Under the pieces are notes generated by a model that saw nothing but the letters and a program-made list of their open reading frames with translations, searched no databases and had not been told where the DNA came from. The translations under genes were made by a program, and so were the position numbers. Shown piece by piece: positions 12,171-26,829 of a DNA stretch of 64,000 nucleotides. The stretch is from Octopus sinensis (taxonomy: Eukaryota), in the NCBI RefSeq assembly GCF_006345805.1, contig NC_043005.1, forward strand, positions 54,622,001-54,686,000, written 5' to 3'. Position 1 is the first letter of the stretch. Each line of letters opens with the position of its first letter.

Positions 12171-13622
12171 TCTTTAACCCTTTTAATATATTTTTGTAAT
12201 TAAATATAAGGAATTGTATAAAACATTAAAATGTTTTGTGAGTTGTAGAAGTACAACCAATTTGCTGCAGATAAATTTTAACAATAAATGTATGTGTGTG
12301 TGTGTGTGTGTGTGTTGTGTGTGTGAGAGCAGGAAGTTTTACAAAATCCTTTATATTTCAGGCGCAAAGGCCCATCCTCAGAAGGAAACAGTTTGGGAAA
12401 TGTTCAGTTGCACAGGTCCTGTTACTCTACTCAAACTCCTTGGCATTATGTTTGCAGCTGTAGCAGTCACTCTCCAGCTGTTGGCACAGTCAACTCTCTG
12501 AGTGTTGGTGTAAGCAACACCCAGCCCAGTCCAGAAGTCAAATTCACTACCTCACAATAGTGAGCCGGACGCTCTAACCACTGAGCCATGCACCTTTCTA
12601 ATTGTAAACTGTATGTACAATAAGTTTGCAAAACCAACTTCATCATCATCATCATCGTTAAACATCTGCTTTCCATGCTAGCATAGGTTGGACGATTTGA
12701 CTGAGGACTGGTGAACCAGATGGCTGCACAAGGCTCCAATTTGATCTGGCAGAGTTTTTACAGCTGGATACCCTTCCTAATGCCGGCTTATTGCACATAC
12801 ATTTTAACAACAAAATCTTATATAGATCTCCAAAGATTATATGGTCCCCAGTTGAAAACCACCCTCATAGATATATTTTCATTGCTATATATATACTATG
12901 AGATGAATTTAGTTTACTGCTTCAGGTTTGTTCATGGAAGTGTTCTTCCTGTGATACTAATTCCTGCTTCCTTTCACAACACACTAACATACACACCTTG
13001 AGATTTTGCTTTTTACTGTATTTCATGGCATAGAAGACACAGGTTTTTCCCCAAAAAATGTTGTCTCAAAATATCACCACCTCAGGTCCAACATGCAAAA
13101 GTGCATTAGATATTTCATGCTCTAATGCATTGAAAACTTTCTTGCATGAATATATGCTGTTAACATTGGGTGTTCTTAATATGCCTAATATTCTTATATG
13201 CCTTGACTTCTTTTATGCCATCAAATACAATTATTTTATTTTCAAATAATTTTCTACCATTTCTGTTAACTGAACAACCAAGAATAATTATTTTCTTTCA
13301 GTATTTAAAAAAAATTTTTTTTTTTCAGTTGAAGTCATAATGAGAATTGAAAAGCTGAGATGCAAGTTTTAGTTTCGACAATTTAGATACAAGCACAGCA
13401 ACTTCTCAGAGACAAAGTGTCACAGATTATATTAATTATTTATTAGTTTCCAGGTGATGTTTTGTCTTTGCTTTTTCCATAGAAAAAAATTTGTCAAACA
13501 TATAGAAACTAGATAATTGAATGGTAGATGTGTGTGTTTGTGTGTGTGTATGCATGTGGGGTGTATGTGTATTCGTGTGCACATGCATGTATGTATACAC
13601 ACACATATATACACACACGTAC

Positions 13623-13656
<34 letters not shown>

Positions 13657-13835
13657 ATGTATATGAACACGAAAGGCATTTTACTTAGTGACTTAATTAT
13701 GGTAGTATCAGGAAGTTTAGCCTAGAATTTTACCAGTGCTGTGGTGCGGAGGAAGCAAAACCAAAATTAGGTCAACCACCTGACTTCTCAGACTTTTTTC
13801 TAAAGAACTATTATTTTTCAGTAAAGCAATTACAG

Positions 13836-13868
<33 letters not shown>

Positions 13869-13987
13869 TGTATGTATGTATGTGTGTGTCTGTCTGTCTG
13901 TACATATATATGTATGTATTTATATATATGTATGTATGCATGTATACATATATGTATATGTATGTATATAAATGCATATATATATAT

Positions 13988-14310
13988 GGGGGTGGAAAAT
14001 TCACAAAAAAACAAAAGACTTTTAACTTCGCGCATGCGTATGCTCATTGTTTGTTTCTGATTTTGTTAACTACAGTATAGTAGGGTCAATTGGGCACCGT
14101 CTTTGAGAAAAACAGCACCATGTCACAATTCACTCTACTAGAAATTTAGAAATGACATACTGTACTGCTTGGCATTCATGCTGGAAGCTTCAACACAAAC
14201 ATTTCAGAACATTTGGGTGTCAATCCAAGGATAGTGCAATCTGAGGACATGTACCAAGTGTAATGAAATTTAAATATCCAGTGAACATCATGGTGTTTGG
14301 AATCACTTCT
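13988..14310 (+). mobile_element. Second fragment of the same Tc1/mariner family as 9282-10087
   Basis: Shares cattgtttgttt.tgattttgt.aactac..agtatagtagggtca.ttg.gcaccg..tgagaaaaacagcaccatg.cacaattcactct with 9340-9435. Confidence 0.8.
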
Positions 14311-14484
14311 CTTGTCATCCATCTTGTACTCTCAGTGTATTTTTTTTCGTTTTTACTTTATTTTCACTGAACTCCTCTGTTCCCAGAACACACCCTTATA
14401 TTGGCCATTGACCTCTGTTTCTGTCACTGTGTGCCTCATCTCTCTTCTCTCCCACTTTGTATTAGCTCTCTATTTCTCAACCAG

Positions 14485-14700
14485 TGCAACGTAAAAGGCA
14501 CTTGTGCTGGTGCCACATAAATGCACTCATGCCAGTGCCACATGATCAGCACCCAGCACACACTGTAAAGTGGTTGGCATTAGGAAGAGCATCCAGCTGT
14601 AGAAACCAAGTTATACTAGAACCTGGTGCAGCTCTCTGGCTGCCAGCCCTGGTCAAACAATCCAACCCATGCCAGCATGGAAAACAGACATTAATGAAAC
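14485..14700 (+). mobile_element. RTE-type 3' tail retroposon fragment
   Basis: ggtgccacataaa..gcacccagcacactgtaaagtggttggcattaggaagagcatccagctgtagaaac...ccaacccatgccagcatggaaaacagacattaa. Related copies at ~12640-12790(-), 15465-15655(+), 42640-42730(+), 47015-47225(-), 51410-51665(+), 51680-51870(-). Confidence 0.75.
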
Positions 14701-14734
14701 ATTAAAGAAACCTTTCTATACTAAAATTCACCAT

Positions 14735-15123
14735 AGGTGTAGGAGTGGCTGTGTGGTAAGTAGCTTACTTACGAACCACATGGTTCCAGGTTCAGTCCCA
14801 CTGCGTAGCACCTTGGGCAAGTGTCTTGGGCTGACCAAAGCCTTGTGAGTGGATTTGGTAGATGGAAACTGAAAGAAGCCCGTCATATATATGTATGTGT
14901 GTGTATATGTTTGTGTGTCTGTGTTTGTTCCCCCCACAACATCGCTTGACAACCGATGCTGGTGTGTTTACGTCCCTGTAACTTAGCGGTTTGGCAAAAG
15001 AGACCGATAGAATAAGTACTAGGCTTACAAAAATTAAGTCCTGGGGTCGATTTGCTCGACTAAAGGCGGTGCTCCAGCATGGCCACAGTCACGTGACTGA
15101 AACAAGTAAAAGAGTAAAGAGTA
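14735..15123 (+). mobile_element. Family A CORE-type SINE, full length
   Basis: A-box tggctgtgtgg, B-box ggttcagtccc, CORE-like ccttgggcaagt, central (TA/TG)n, (GTAAAAGA)n tail. Confidence 0.9.
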
Positions 15124-16147
15124 TTATCTACACCTTCACCTCTTCACTGCATTCTCTTCTGTTCTCATCTCATTTTCCCCCATTCTCGTGAACTTTCCTT
15201 CCCAGCCATTCTCTAGCCACCACTTTTCATTTTACCCTGAGAATGCACCCTGAAGCTTCATTTCCACTCTCCTCTCTCACTTTCCAGCTGTGGTGGCCAT
15301 GTTTCCCCTTGACAACAAGACACCTATTCCCGACCCTCTGTCATACTTTTGCCTCTAAATGCCTTGCACACAGCCACCTCTCACAATATTGCCACCACCT
15401 CCCCACACCAACTCAGTCAAGGGGTCTTGTTTCATGAGTTACATGGTGACTTCATTAAATCCGGTGCCAAAAAACAGCACCCTGCACACTCTGTAAATGG
15501 TTAGTATCAGGATGAGCATCTAGCCAAAGAAATCTTGTTAAAATAGATATGGGAGCCCAGTGCTGTCTTCAGACTCATTGGATGCAAGTGAACCTTCCAA
15601 CCCATGCCAGCATAGAATACAGGCATTAAATGATATCAAAGCAATGATGATGATATATATATATGTATATGAATACATATACATATGTATATATATGCAT
15701 ATATGTGTATATGTATATATATGCATGCATATATTATGCATATACATATATATTCATACATATGTATATTGATATTTATATATATACATATATATATATA
15801 TACAAATGTGTGTATGTATGGGTATGTATGTGTGTCTATATATATATGTATGTATGTATGTATGTATGCAAGCATATACACACATATGCACACACACATC
15901 TATATATTAAACAAAATACAAAGGAAAAAAATATCATCTGTGTTCAATCAGGAGTAACATTAGCTACCTCTATTGGCAGTTTCTATCAATATAAAAACTA
16001 TAAATTTATTGAGATGTCAAAAAGAAAAAAAAATACGAAACAGACGAAGACAGAAATATAAAAAAAATAAAATTTAACAAAACAAAATGGAAAGCAAACA
16101 AAACCAAAATATTAAAAAAATGTATACAAAAATTGGAAAAAAAACAC

Positions 16148-16189
<42 letters not shown>

Positions 16190-17162
16190 GTAAAGATAAA
16201 AAAAATGTAACCATATGAGGTTTTATTATTATCTTCTGCTGAATAATGTTGTCATGCAAGTCTAATCTATACAGTATATGACTTGAAAACCATGTCAATT
16301 TTATTCATTTTTACACTGTATGTGTCAAGATAAAAACACCTTTCTGGTGAAATCTGTGGAAATCTTGCTGTAATAAAATTCTTCCTGGGTTTTAGTTTTG
16401 GTAAGAAAGACTAATTTTTCTTGGAATCTTAACACGTATTATAAATGACAAGAGCAAGAATTGTAAAAGTCAAAAAAATAAAAAGGGTAGAAATATTCAT
16501 TTATTAGTTGCATTTTTCTTTTGTTTAATTTTTTTCTGAGATATTTTTAAATTTTTTTTTTTTTGTGTTACCTTTCCATTTCTTTCAGAGTCTTTTTTTT
16601 CTTTAATCTACAATTTTATCATGTAGTCTATTGTATTGCTTCATTTCTAGAACAGTCTTAAAAGCTAAAAAGCAAAAAATAATAATAATAAGTGTTCTTT
16701 TCCCTTGGATTCATAAAGTTCAAATGTAATTGGAACTAAATAATCTGGACATAAGGTAAGACTCTGGAAGAAAAACGGGAGGAATTTCAAGAGGCAGGTA
16801 ATAATGACATTGTTATGTTTGAGATAAATGTCTGTCACATATTTATAAATGAAATCACCTGTTTTGGGGTGTCTCTCTTAAGTCACAGATGAAAAGTTTC
16901 TTATTTCTTTTGATTTAAGATTTCTCAATTCTTTATGATATTCTATTCTTTATAGCTTCACTATTGTGTCAAAAAGTAATGGGCGTGGCTATGTGGTAAG
17001 AAGGTTGCTTCCCAACCACATGGTTTCAGGGTCAGTCCCATTTCATGGCACCTCATGCAAATGTTTTCCATTATAGGCCTAGGCTAACGAAAGCCTTGTG
17101 GGTAGATTTGGTAAATGGAAGCTGAAAGAAAATTGTTGTATTTATACATATATATATATAAT

Positions 17163-17411
<249 letters not shown>

Positions 17412-17854
17412 CATATTACTCTACCCCTGGTATTTGAGTACTCTATTTTCCACCTTGTTTCACATTTATGTGTTTACTCCGGTATACATATATATATATA
17501 TAGATATATACATATATATATATACATATGTATATATACATGCACACATATATATGCATATATATGTGCATATGCATATATATGTGTGTGTATGTGTGTG
17601 CACATGCATGTGTGTGTGTGTGTGAGTGTGTGCCTCCTGGTTTTGACTTTGTGTGAGAGTTGTAAACAAATGTCACTGTCTAGCAAGTGGTGTCCTTCAT
17701 TTCTAATCTATTGTGAAAACATGTCTGCTCATGAGGAAATGGGTGAGAGTTGGTGACAGGAAGAGCATCCAGCTATAGAAAAATGTCACACCCTAACAAA
17801 TTCTCTCCAAGCCATACAAGCACAGAAAAGTGAATGTCAAAATTATGAAGAAGT

Positions 17855-18500
17855 AACTGAGTGGCAGAATAATTAGAACAGTGAATAAATACCATATGGT
17901 AAGTTATCCAACTTCTTTACATTCTGAGTTCAAATCCTGCAACATCAACATTTGCTAATTATCCATTTGGTGTCAATATAATAAATTACAGGAATCAGTT
18001 TAATCAACAGAAATCTTATCCCAATTTTGTAGCCATGTATCTTTGTTAGAAATCCTTATGCTATAGGCAGTCTCTTGACAGAATCATTAGAGTTCAGACA
18101 AAAGCATTGTTGTGTTTGTTCTAATTTTTTGATTTTTGAGTTCAAATCCTGCCGAGCTCAACTTCGCCATCCGTCTTTTCAGGATTGAAAATATGAAATA
18201 TTCCTGGAGAACTAAGGTTGGTTTAGTCAACTAGTAGCCCTATCTCCAAATTTGTGGCCTTGTGCCTATTGTTAGAAACAATTATTATAATGACACCAAT
18301 GGAAGAGATATTTGAAAATCAAATAGAATGACTTGTAGTAATTGTTCCACGAGACTTTTTGTGCTTTGAGTTCAAGTCCAGAGGAGGCCAACTTTGTGAT
18401 TCATCCTTTCACGGTTCATAACCTAGCTCTAAGGGACTAGGCTCAATTTAATTGACTAATCCTAACCCACAAATTTATGGGCTTGACCCTATGAAGAAAA
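17855..18500 (+). mobile_element. Tandem cluster of three diverged family D (Nin/Deu-like) SINEs
   Basis: Three successive heads with tggcagaa..ttag, ctgagttcaaatcc B-boxes (~17925, ~18137, ~18367) and catcctttc-like bodies. Confidence 0.65.
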
Positions 18501-19000
18501 TGATTATCTTACACAGCTGCCAAACTGGAGAATTGTAGGAGTTTTGGTTAACATTTTAACTGCCACAGCTTCTTACTGGAACTTACTGGTGATGCCACAT
18601 ATTTCTAATCACACTGCATACTGTTTAATTACAAAGAAATGTAATTTGGGGGATTTTTACACTGTTTCATAATTAAACTTTAGTTAAAGTGTCATAAAAG
18701 CATGAAACTATAAGTAGTTTTTTTGGTTGTGTATTAAATCACTATGTACATCTCATTGGATGGAGAAACCATGTCAAAGATACAAAATAAAATATTTTCT
18801 CAAATTATGGAAAAGCACTACTGGTGGTGCATACGGCAGTTGTGTAAAGTTTGCCATGAACCATATGTTGTGGTTAATATGTTAAACACCAGGTGGTATT
18901 TGTTCCAGCTCTTTTATTCTCAAATCCTGTCTAGGCCAAGTTTAACTTCTATCTTTCAGTGGTCATTAAAATAAAGGTCAGTCAAGACCTGTGCATGTGA

Positions 19001-19362
19001 AGGTGCAGGAGTGGCTGTGTGGTAAGTAGCTTGATTACCAACCACATGGTTCTGGGTTCAGTCCCACTGTGTGGCACCTTGGGCAAGTGTCTTCTACTAT
19101 AGCCTCAGGCTGACCAAAGCCTTGTGAGTGGATTTGGCAGACAGAAACTGAAAGAAGCCTGTTGTATGTGTGTGTGTGTGTGTGTGTATTTGTGCATCTG
19201 TGTTTGTGTCCCTGTAACTTAGCGGTTCAAAAGAGACCGATAGAATAGGAACTAGGCTTACAACGAATAAGTCCTGAGGTCGATTTGCTCGACTAAAGGT
19301 GGTGCTCTAGCATGGTCGTAGTCAAATGACTGAAACAAGTAAAAGAGTAAAAGAGTAAGAGA
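19001..19362 (+). mobile_element. Family A SINE, full length
   Basis: Same diagnostic head, CORE-like segment and GTAAAAGA tail. Confidence 0.9.
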
Positions 19363-19672
19363 GATAATTCTCACTCTTTCTCTCTCTCCTTCCTTCCCTC
19401 TCTCTCTATCTCACATTTTCCTTATTTCTTCATATCTCCCTCTTTCAGGCTTTCTCCTACTTATAATCAACTAATCTCCACTTGGTTATTGTCCTTCATA
19501 TGAGGATTAGTGCCAGTCTCAAACCCAGATAAAAAAAAAAAAAAAAACTAAAACAGTTGAGTCAGGGGCTAGCACCACTTCTCATAAAAACTAGCTTGCT
19601 ATAGAATCTGTCCAAAGAAACATTTACTACCATCGACAAGCCAATGAGCAGTGTTTCATGAAGCAGACTAAT

Positions 19673-20062
19673 TACTCTTTTACTTGTTTCAGTCATTTTG
19701 ACTGTGGCCATGCTGGAGCACTGCCTTTGGTCAAGCAAATCGACCCCAGGACTTATTCTTTGTAAGCCTAGTACTTATTCTATCGGTCTCTTTTGCCGAA
19801 CTGCTAAGTTACGGGGACGTAAACACACCAGCATCAGTTGTCAGGCGATGTTGAGGAGACAAACACAGACACACATACTTATATATATATGCATATATAC
19901 GACGGGCTTCTTTCAGTTTCCGTCTACCAATCCACTCACAAAGCTTTGGTCGGCCCAAGGCTATAGTAGAAGACACTTGTTCAAGGTGCCATGCAGTGGG
20001 ACTGAACCCGGAACGATGTGGTTTGTAAGCAAGCTACTTACCACACAGCCACTCCTACGCCT
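19673..20062 (-). mobile_element. Family A SINE, full length
   Basis: Reverse complement of the consensus; tail tactcttttacttg at left, head ccacacagccactcct at right. Confidence 0.9.
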
Positions 20063-20454
20063 ATATTTACTTCCTTTTTAATCATTTGTTGCTCTTATAT
20101 TATAACGATACCAATGGAAGAGGTATTTGAAAATCAAATAGAATGACTTGATGTTGTTGGTCATGACACATAGCCCATATCACATGACACATGATGCATG
20201 ATTCATTATTCAAGGCATGTAACATACAACATTTGATTCATGGGAACTCACACATGACACATTTCTCATGGTACTTGCTACATGTAATTTGTCTCATGGA
20301 ATTTAGTCAGAAGCATAAAACATGGCAACCATCACTATATAGAACATAGTAAGAAACACATAAGAAATATACATGTGGCATCATGTTTGTTGGGAAGAGA
20401 GAGACAGAGAGAGAGAGACAAACAAGGACAGAGAGAATCAATTGATCTAAGTTA

Positions 20455-20500
<46 letters not shown>

Positions 20501-20730
20501 GGCAACAAGCTGGTAGACTTGATAGCATGCAGGGCAGTATTTTGTCCGTCTTCATGCTCTGAGTTCTGCAAAAGTCAGCATTACCTGGATCTGCATACAT
20601 ATTGTGCAAAGTACTGTCTGTGTGAGGTCCTTGTTGTGACTTGACAAACAGTACAAACCCTTGATAAACACACTATCTTCAATCAACAGCCTTATGATAC
20701 TGTATGCTGTGCGATGTCTAAAATAATAAT

Positions 20731-20765
<35 letters not shown>

Positions 20766-20779
20766 TGATAATAACAATA

Positions 20780-20975
20780 ATCCTTTCTACTAAAGGCACA
20801 AGGCTTGAAATTTTGTGGGAGGATACTAGTCGATTACATTAACCCCAGTTTTTCACTGGTACTTAATTTATTGACCCTAAAATGATGAAAGGCAAAGATG
20901 ACCTCAGGAGAATTTGAACTCAGAATATAACAATGGATGAAATGCGGTGTGCTAATGATTCTGTCAGCTCACCAC
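20780..20975 (-). mobile_element. Family D (Nin/Deu-like) SINE with (TAA)n tail
   Basis: Minus strand: ggtgagctgacagaatcattagcac head, gagttcaaattctcc B-box, catctttgcctttcatcattttagggtcaataaattaagtacc body. Confidence 0.75.
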
Positions 20976-21004
20976 CTTATTGATAATAATAAGCAACATC
21001 ACTT

Positions 21005-21420
21005 TTCCTTATAACAATTATAGATAAGGGAAAGTGAAGTTGATAACTGATCGACTGGCCATGCCCATTTGATTCTAGGATCATAAAGAAAAAGGAGGAA
21101 GAACAAAAAAAATACAATCCCTTAAAATTTGAAATAGGAAGAATTTGGAGCATGGAAACAGTAAAGGCCGTGCCTATAATAATTGATGCATTGGGAACAG
21201 TAAGCAAAGATATAGACAAAGGGCTGAAGGAGATTGGAATAGAATGCCCAGTAGAGCTCCTACAAAAAGTTTGTCTCTTTGGGACAGCAAGGATTATCAG
21301 GCGGGTTCTAAGCACTTGAAAGACTGCTGAAAACTTTTGGCTACCTAAGGTTACAGGTAGTAACCTGCTATCCACATACATCCTACCAGGAATAAGACCA
21401 AACTTGAGCCAAACCAAAAT
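21005..21420 (+). mobile_element. 3' end of an R4/Dong-like non-LTR retrotransposon (restriction-like endonuclease C-terminus plus 3' UTR)
   Basis: Frame 21047-21319: LIDWPCPFDSRIIKKKEEEQKKYNPLKFEIGRIWSMETVKAVPIIIDALGTVSKDIDKGLKEIGIECPVELLQKVCLFGTARIIRRVLST*. Upstream ITIIDK with stops; flanked by TAA repeats. Matches the REL pattern IDxxxP...EKxxKYxxL...VPIVIGALG...LQKAxLLGTARIxRxVL. Confidence 0.85.
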
Positions 21421-21429
21421 AATAATAAC

Positions 21430-21798
21430 AAGAGCACTCAGAGAGTGCAAACCTCCATCAAGGCAACACCAACATCCTCTCAATGATTACCCAGAGGGGA
21501 TTTTTAAAAAGACAATATCTGAAATAAACTTGACTGCTCTCACAAATGAGAATACAAAAAATAAAACTGACTGCTCTCAAAATTTAAATAAAAAACAGGA
21601 AAAGTAATCCAGAATCCTTGTCCGGTACTGGATCAATCCCAAAATCTAATCCATTCATGCCAGTCAAGAGGCCAAACATCTCTGAAAGTTTCATCCAAAT
21701 CCATCCAGCAGTTCTTGAGATATCTTGTCCATGGACAAAAAAAACAAAACAAATCATGACTGAAAACAATACCTCTGCCTTCGCTAAGGCAGAGGTAA
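21430..21798 (-). mobile_element. DINE-1/HINE-like non-autonomous Helentron-associated element
   Basis: Subterminal inverted motif acctccatcaagg (21451) versus terminal hairpin acctctgcctt-cgct-aaggcagaggt (~21770-21796); (CAAA)n microsatellite near one end. Confidence 0.55.
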
Positions 21799-22086
21799 TA
21801 ATAATAATCATGAGCTTATTGTATACAATACCAGTACTCAGATGTACTACATCTCATCAGAAGAAAGGCAAAAGTGGGGACAGAAAGTGGCAATAAGTCA
21901 AGTGAAGGTAGCAGTGAAAGCCAACAGTACAAACACAGTACACAGATAAAATATAATAAAAGCCAGTAAGATTGTAAGGTAGCCAGTATTGGTCACGCAA
22001 CATGCTAGAAACAGCAGCTAAATTTTTTAATATCACACACTTTAAAATTAATGAAATAGCACATTTGATAGTGTGATCTTACATAC

Positions 22087-22249
22087 AGGCACAGGAGTGG
22101 CTGTGTGGTAAGTAGCTTGTTTACCAACCACATGGTTCCGGGTTCAGTCCCACTGCGTGGCACCTTGGGCAAGTGTCTTCTACTATAGCCTTGGGCCGAC
22201 CAAAGCCTTGTGAGTGGATTTGGTAGACAGAAACTGAAAGAAGCCCGTC

Positions 22250-22286
<37 letters not shown>

Positions 22287-22510
22287 TGTGTGTGTTTGTG
22301 TGTCTGTGTTTGTCCCCCTAGCATTGCTTGACAACCGATGCTGGTGTGTTTATGTCCCCGTTACTTAGCGGTTCAGCAAAAGAGACCGATAGAATAAGTA
22401 CTGGGCTTACAAAAGAATAAGTCCCGGGTTCGAGTTGCTCGATTAAAGGCGGTGCTCCAGCATGGCCGCAGTCAAAAATGACTGAAACAAGTATAAGAGA
22501 GTAAAAGAGA
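22087..22510 (+). mobile_element. Family A SINE, full length, young-looking (CpGs retained)
   Basis: ggcacaggagtggctgtgtggtaagtagc...ggttccgggttcagtcccactgcgtggcaccttgggcaagtgtcttc...gactgaaacaagta..gagtaaaagag. Diverged partial copies at ~22585-22740 and ~23320-23480. Confidence 0.92.
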
Positions 22511-22738
22511 GTATGTTTAAAAATGTTGGAACATCTTTGACATAGTTCTACATCATCAAGGGTGATCTGGAGTTAGAAAAGGAAGGTGTAGGAAAGTTTG
22601 CTTCCCAACCACATAGTTCTGGGTTCATTTTCCCTGCGTGGCATCTTGGGCAAGAAGTGTCTTCTACTATAGCTCCAGACTGACCAAAAATCTTTGAGAA
22701 TCTATCTGGTAGGCAGAAACTGAAAGGAGCCCATCGTA

Positions 22739-22824
<86 letters not shown>

Positions 22825-23283
22825 CATATATATATATATATAGGAGAGGAAAAATTATAAAAAGCAGAATGCTAAATTGCAGGTAAATTTTAATAAAAAT
22901 GGGTGTATGCAAAATTAAAAAAGTAATAACTCTAACTGGTTTTCATCGCAAAGCAAATTTTCAAGATTTGAAAGGTGAAAAGAAATTTTTTTTAAATTGA
23001 GGAAGGGGAAAAAAGAAATTTACAATGTTTTTTTTTTTTTTAAATAATAATAATAAATAATATACCGATACATTGTAGAGTCTTTATGTTTTTTGAGTTC
23101 AATAATAGTTTTTGGAAAAATGTCTTTGGAGGATTAAGATCCATGTGATTAAACGTGGTGCTTAGTTTAAGGTGTTTATATATATATATATATATATATA
23201 TCACTGAAACGAGCCATATATATGTATATATATATATATCATATAATGTGTGTATGGTGTGTGTAGTGAGTGTGTGTGTGTAG

Positions 23284-23323
<40 letters not shown>

Positions 23324-24490
23324 CACTACCTGACAATGGTGGTTTTTTACATCCCTGTAACTTAATGGTTCAACAATGTGATTGATTAAAAAAAAAATGT
23401 ACTGGGGGTAATTTGTTCAACTAAGCTCTTAAAGACAGCGCTCCAGTATGGCCATGCTCTAATGTCTGAAGCAAGTATAACAGAAACAAAAAGATATCAT
23501 TATCATTATTCATTTTTCCCCCCTTTGTTTAAGAAGACACCACTAAACCTGCTGAAATGAGCATGTTAATCTTTGACTAATTAATCTTCTTTTCGCCTAA
23601 TTACCTAATTACATCTGATTACATGCTCTTGTATATCATTAATACCATATTCTCGTTTTAGACTTAATTCTGGTATTCTTCAATTCTCAGTTGTTTTTTT
23701 GTTTTTGTTTCTTTTTCTTTTTTATTTTTATCTAACATTATTTAGACGAGTGACGAAGAATTAGATTAATAATCGCCTCACTTCTTGTGAGTAAGAAACC
23801 TGAATCAATATTTGCTAATGTTGAATGTTCTTTTTCTTTTTGTCTTTGATTCCCTTCAGTTTTGTATTTAATATCTTCATTAATTTTTTTTTTCCTCTTA
23901 ACCAATCAACCTTTCAGAATTAATTTCCGATTTTGGAATAAACTTGATGAGGTTACTTAACTGACTACAGCTTTTCTCGCCATTCCCCTAAGCTGCCGCT
24001 CTTTATGTCTTACTTTTCTTACTATTTTCCATTTTATTTTTGTTTCTGTTTTGTTTTTCTTCCTTTGCTTTCCCAGTAAATCGTTACTGTACCTTATTAT
24101 CACTATCTTACAGCTAATTATCCTAAATTATACAAATGTCAATTAATTCATCAGTTCTCACAAACTACTTTTAAAGTGAATGTTCCACATGATATCGTTA
24201 TAGTAGTAGTAGCTTATTATATATGCAATTAAATGTATTCATTTTTTTTTATATCAACCCATATGAGACCACCACCACTAGATCTGAAAAAGAAATTTTC
24301 ACATTTTAAAGCACTCAAAGTAAATTCATTTGCTACCATATTTCTGCTATGTTTATTCTCACTGCTTTTGTCGCAATTAATTTTTGAATATCATGTATAA
24401 TTTAGTAAAATTTTTATGTCCTTATTAATTTGGTGTTTGAAACATTAATTGATATAAGATTTTGACTCGAAGTTTTAATCCAGATTACAT

Positions 24491-25367
24491 TATGAGGTGA
24501 TATCAAAAAGTCCCTGGACTAGTTCTGTAGTGCACTAACAGATGGCAGCACCTGGTTGCATGTGCCATGAGAACTACCAGTAACCTTCATGAGACAATGT
24601 GCTGAGTGACATCACTATGTTTACTTCACAAGTTGTGTTTTGGGGATCACATGTATGCTGTAGTCTGTAAATTTATCATGGACAGGAACAAAGGACTAGC
24701 ATGAAATTTTGTGTTAAGCTTGGGAAGTCTGCTACAGAGACAGTTGAGCATGCTTCAGCAAGCTTATGGCGATGAGGCAGTGGGTCGTACACAATGTTCT
24801 GAATGGTATGGGTGCTTCGAAAGCAGAAAAATGTCCCTGGAAGCCAATGACCAATCTGGAAGATCTTCCACAAGTGTCACCCCACCCCCCAGAAATGTGG
24901 TATCCTGCATCGAGAATTTGTCCCCCAGGACCAGACCATTAATCGAGAGTTCTGCTGTGACGTTTTAAAGTCTTCGAGGGAGGACATTCAGTAAGGCAAC
25001 CAGATCTGTAGAGTGTGAAGTAGTGGATTCTTCACTGAGCCCTCCCAACTCAGGAATTTCTCACCAAACGCAACATGATGTTGCTTCCATACTCACCTTA
25101 TGCACCAGATCTAGCACCTGCAGACTTCGTCTCTTCTCCAAGAAGCTCAAAGGTTGCCATTTTAACACTGTTATTGAGGTCAAGAGCAAATCGCAGAAGA
25201 TACTCAACTCACTTACAGAAAACAGCTCCCAGGCCAGGTTCCAAAAGTGGTAGGAAGGCTGCGACTGGTATAATGCTGCACAAGGTGACTATTTCAAAGT
25301 TATCAAGTAAATAAGCTATTTTGTATCAAACATAACTTGTCTAGGAACTTTTTGATACTACATTGTA
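24491..25367 (+). mobile_element. Decayed, internally deleted mariner (DD34D-type) transposon with both TIRs
   Basis: TIRs tatgaggtgatatcaaaaagtccctggac / gtctaggaactttttgatactacattgta with TA ends. Peptides MLQQAYGDEAVGRTQCSEWY..F.S...SLEANDQSGRSSTS and LLPYSPYAPDLAPADF. Confidence 0.9.
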
Positions 25368-25579
25368 AAGCAGGGAGTTTATAACATTGAGACAAGGGGC
25401 AGTCTAAGGTTAAGGGTTAGTCCATATTATTCCATAAGGAGAATAGGGTGGGTTCCTTGGTTTCTCTGGCAGATATACTCTTCCATACATGGGACATTTA
25501 TCCATTGCAGCACTTACAAGTTTTTATCAGCTGATTGGACTGGAGTAATGTGGAATGAAATGTTTTGTTCAGGAACAAA

Positions 25580-26790
<1,211 letters not shown>

Positions 26791-26829
26791 AAACATATCT
26801 AAGTTTATCTAAGTTTTATATATATATAT

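Noticed and set aside
21830-21870. Minus-strand CTGATGA followed by a gatgt/acatc hairpin
   Set aside because: No GAAA, stem III or stem I; likely chance. Other isolated CTGATGA/CTGAAGA hits (~1030, 10605, 24150, 34328, 57720) failed likewise.
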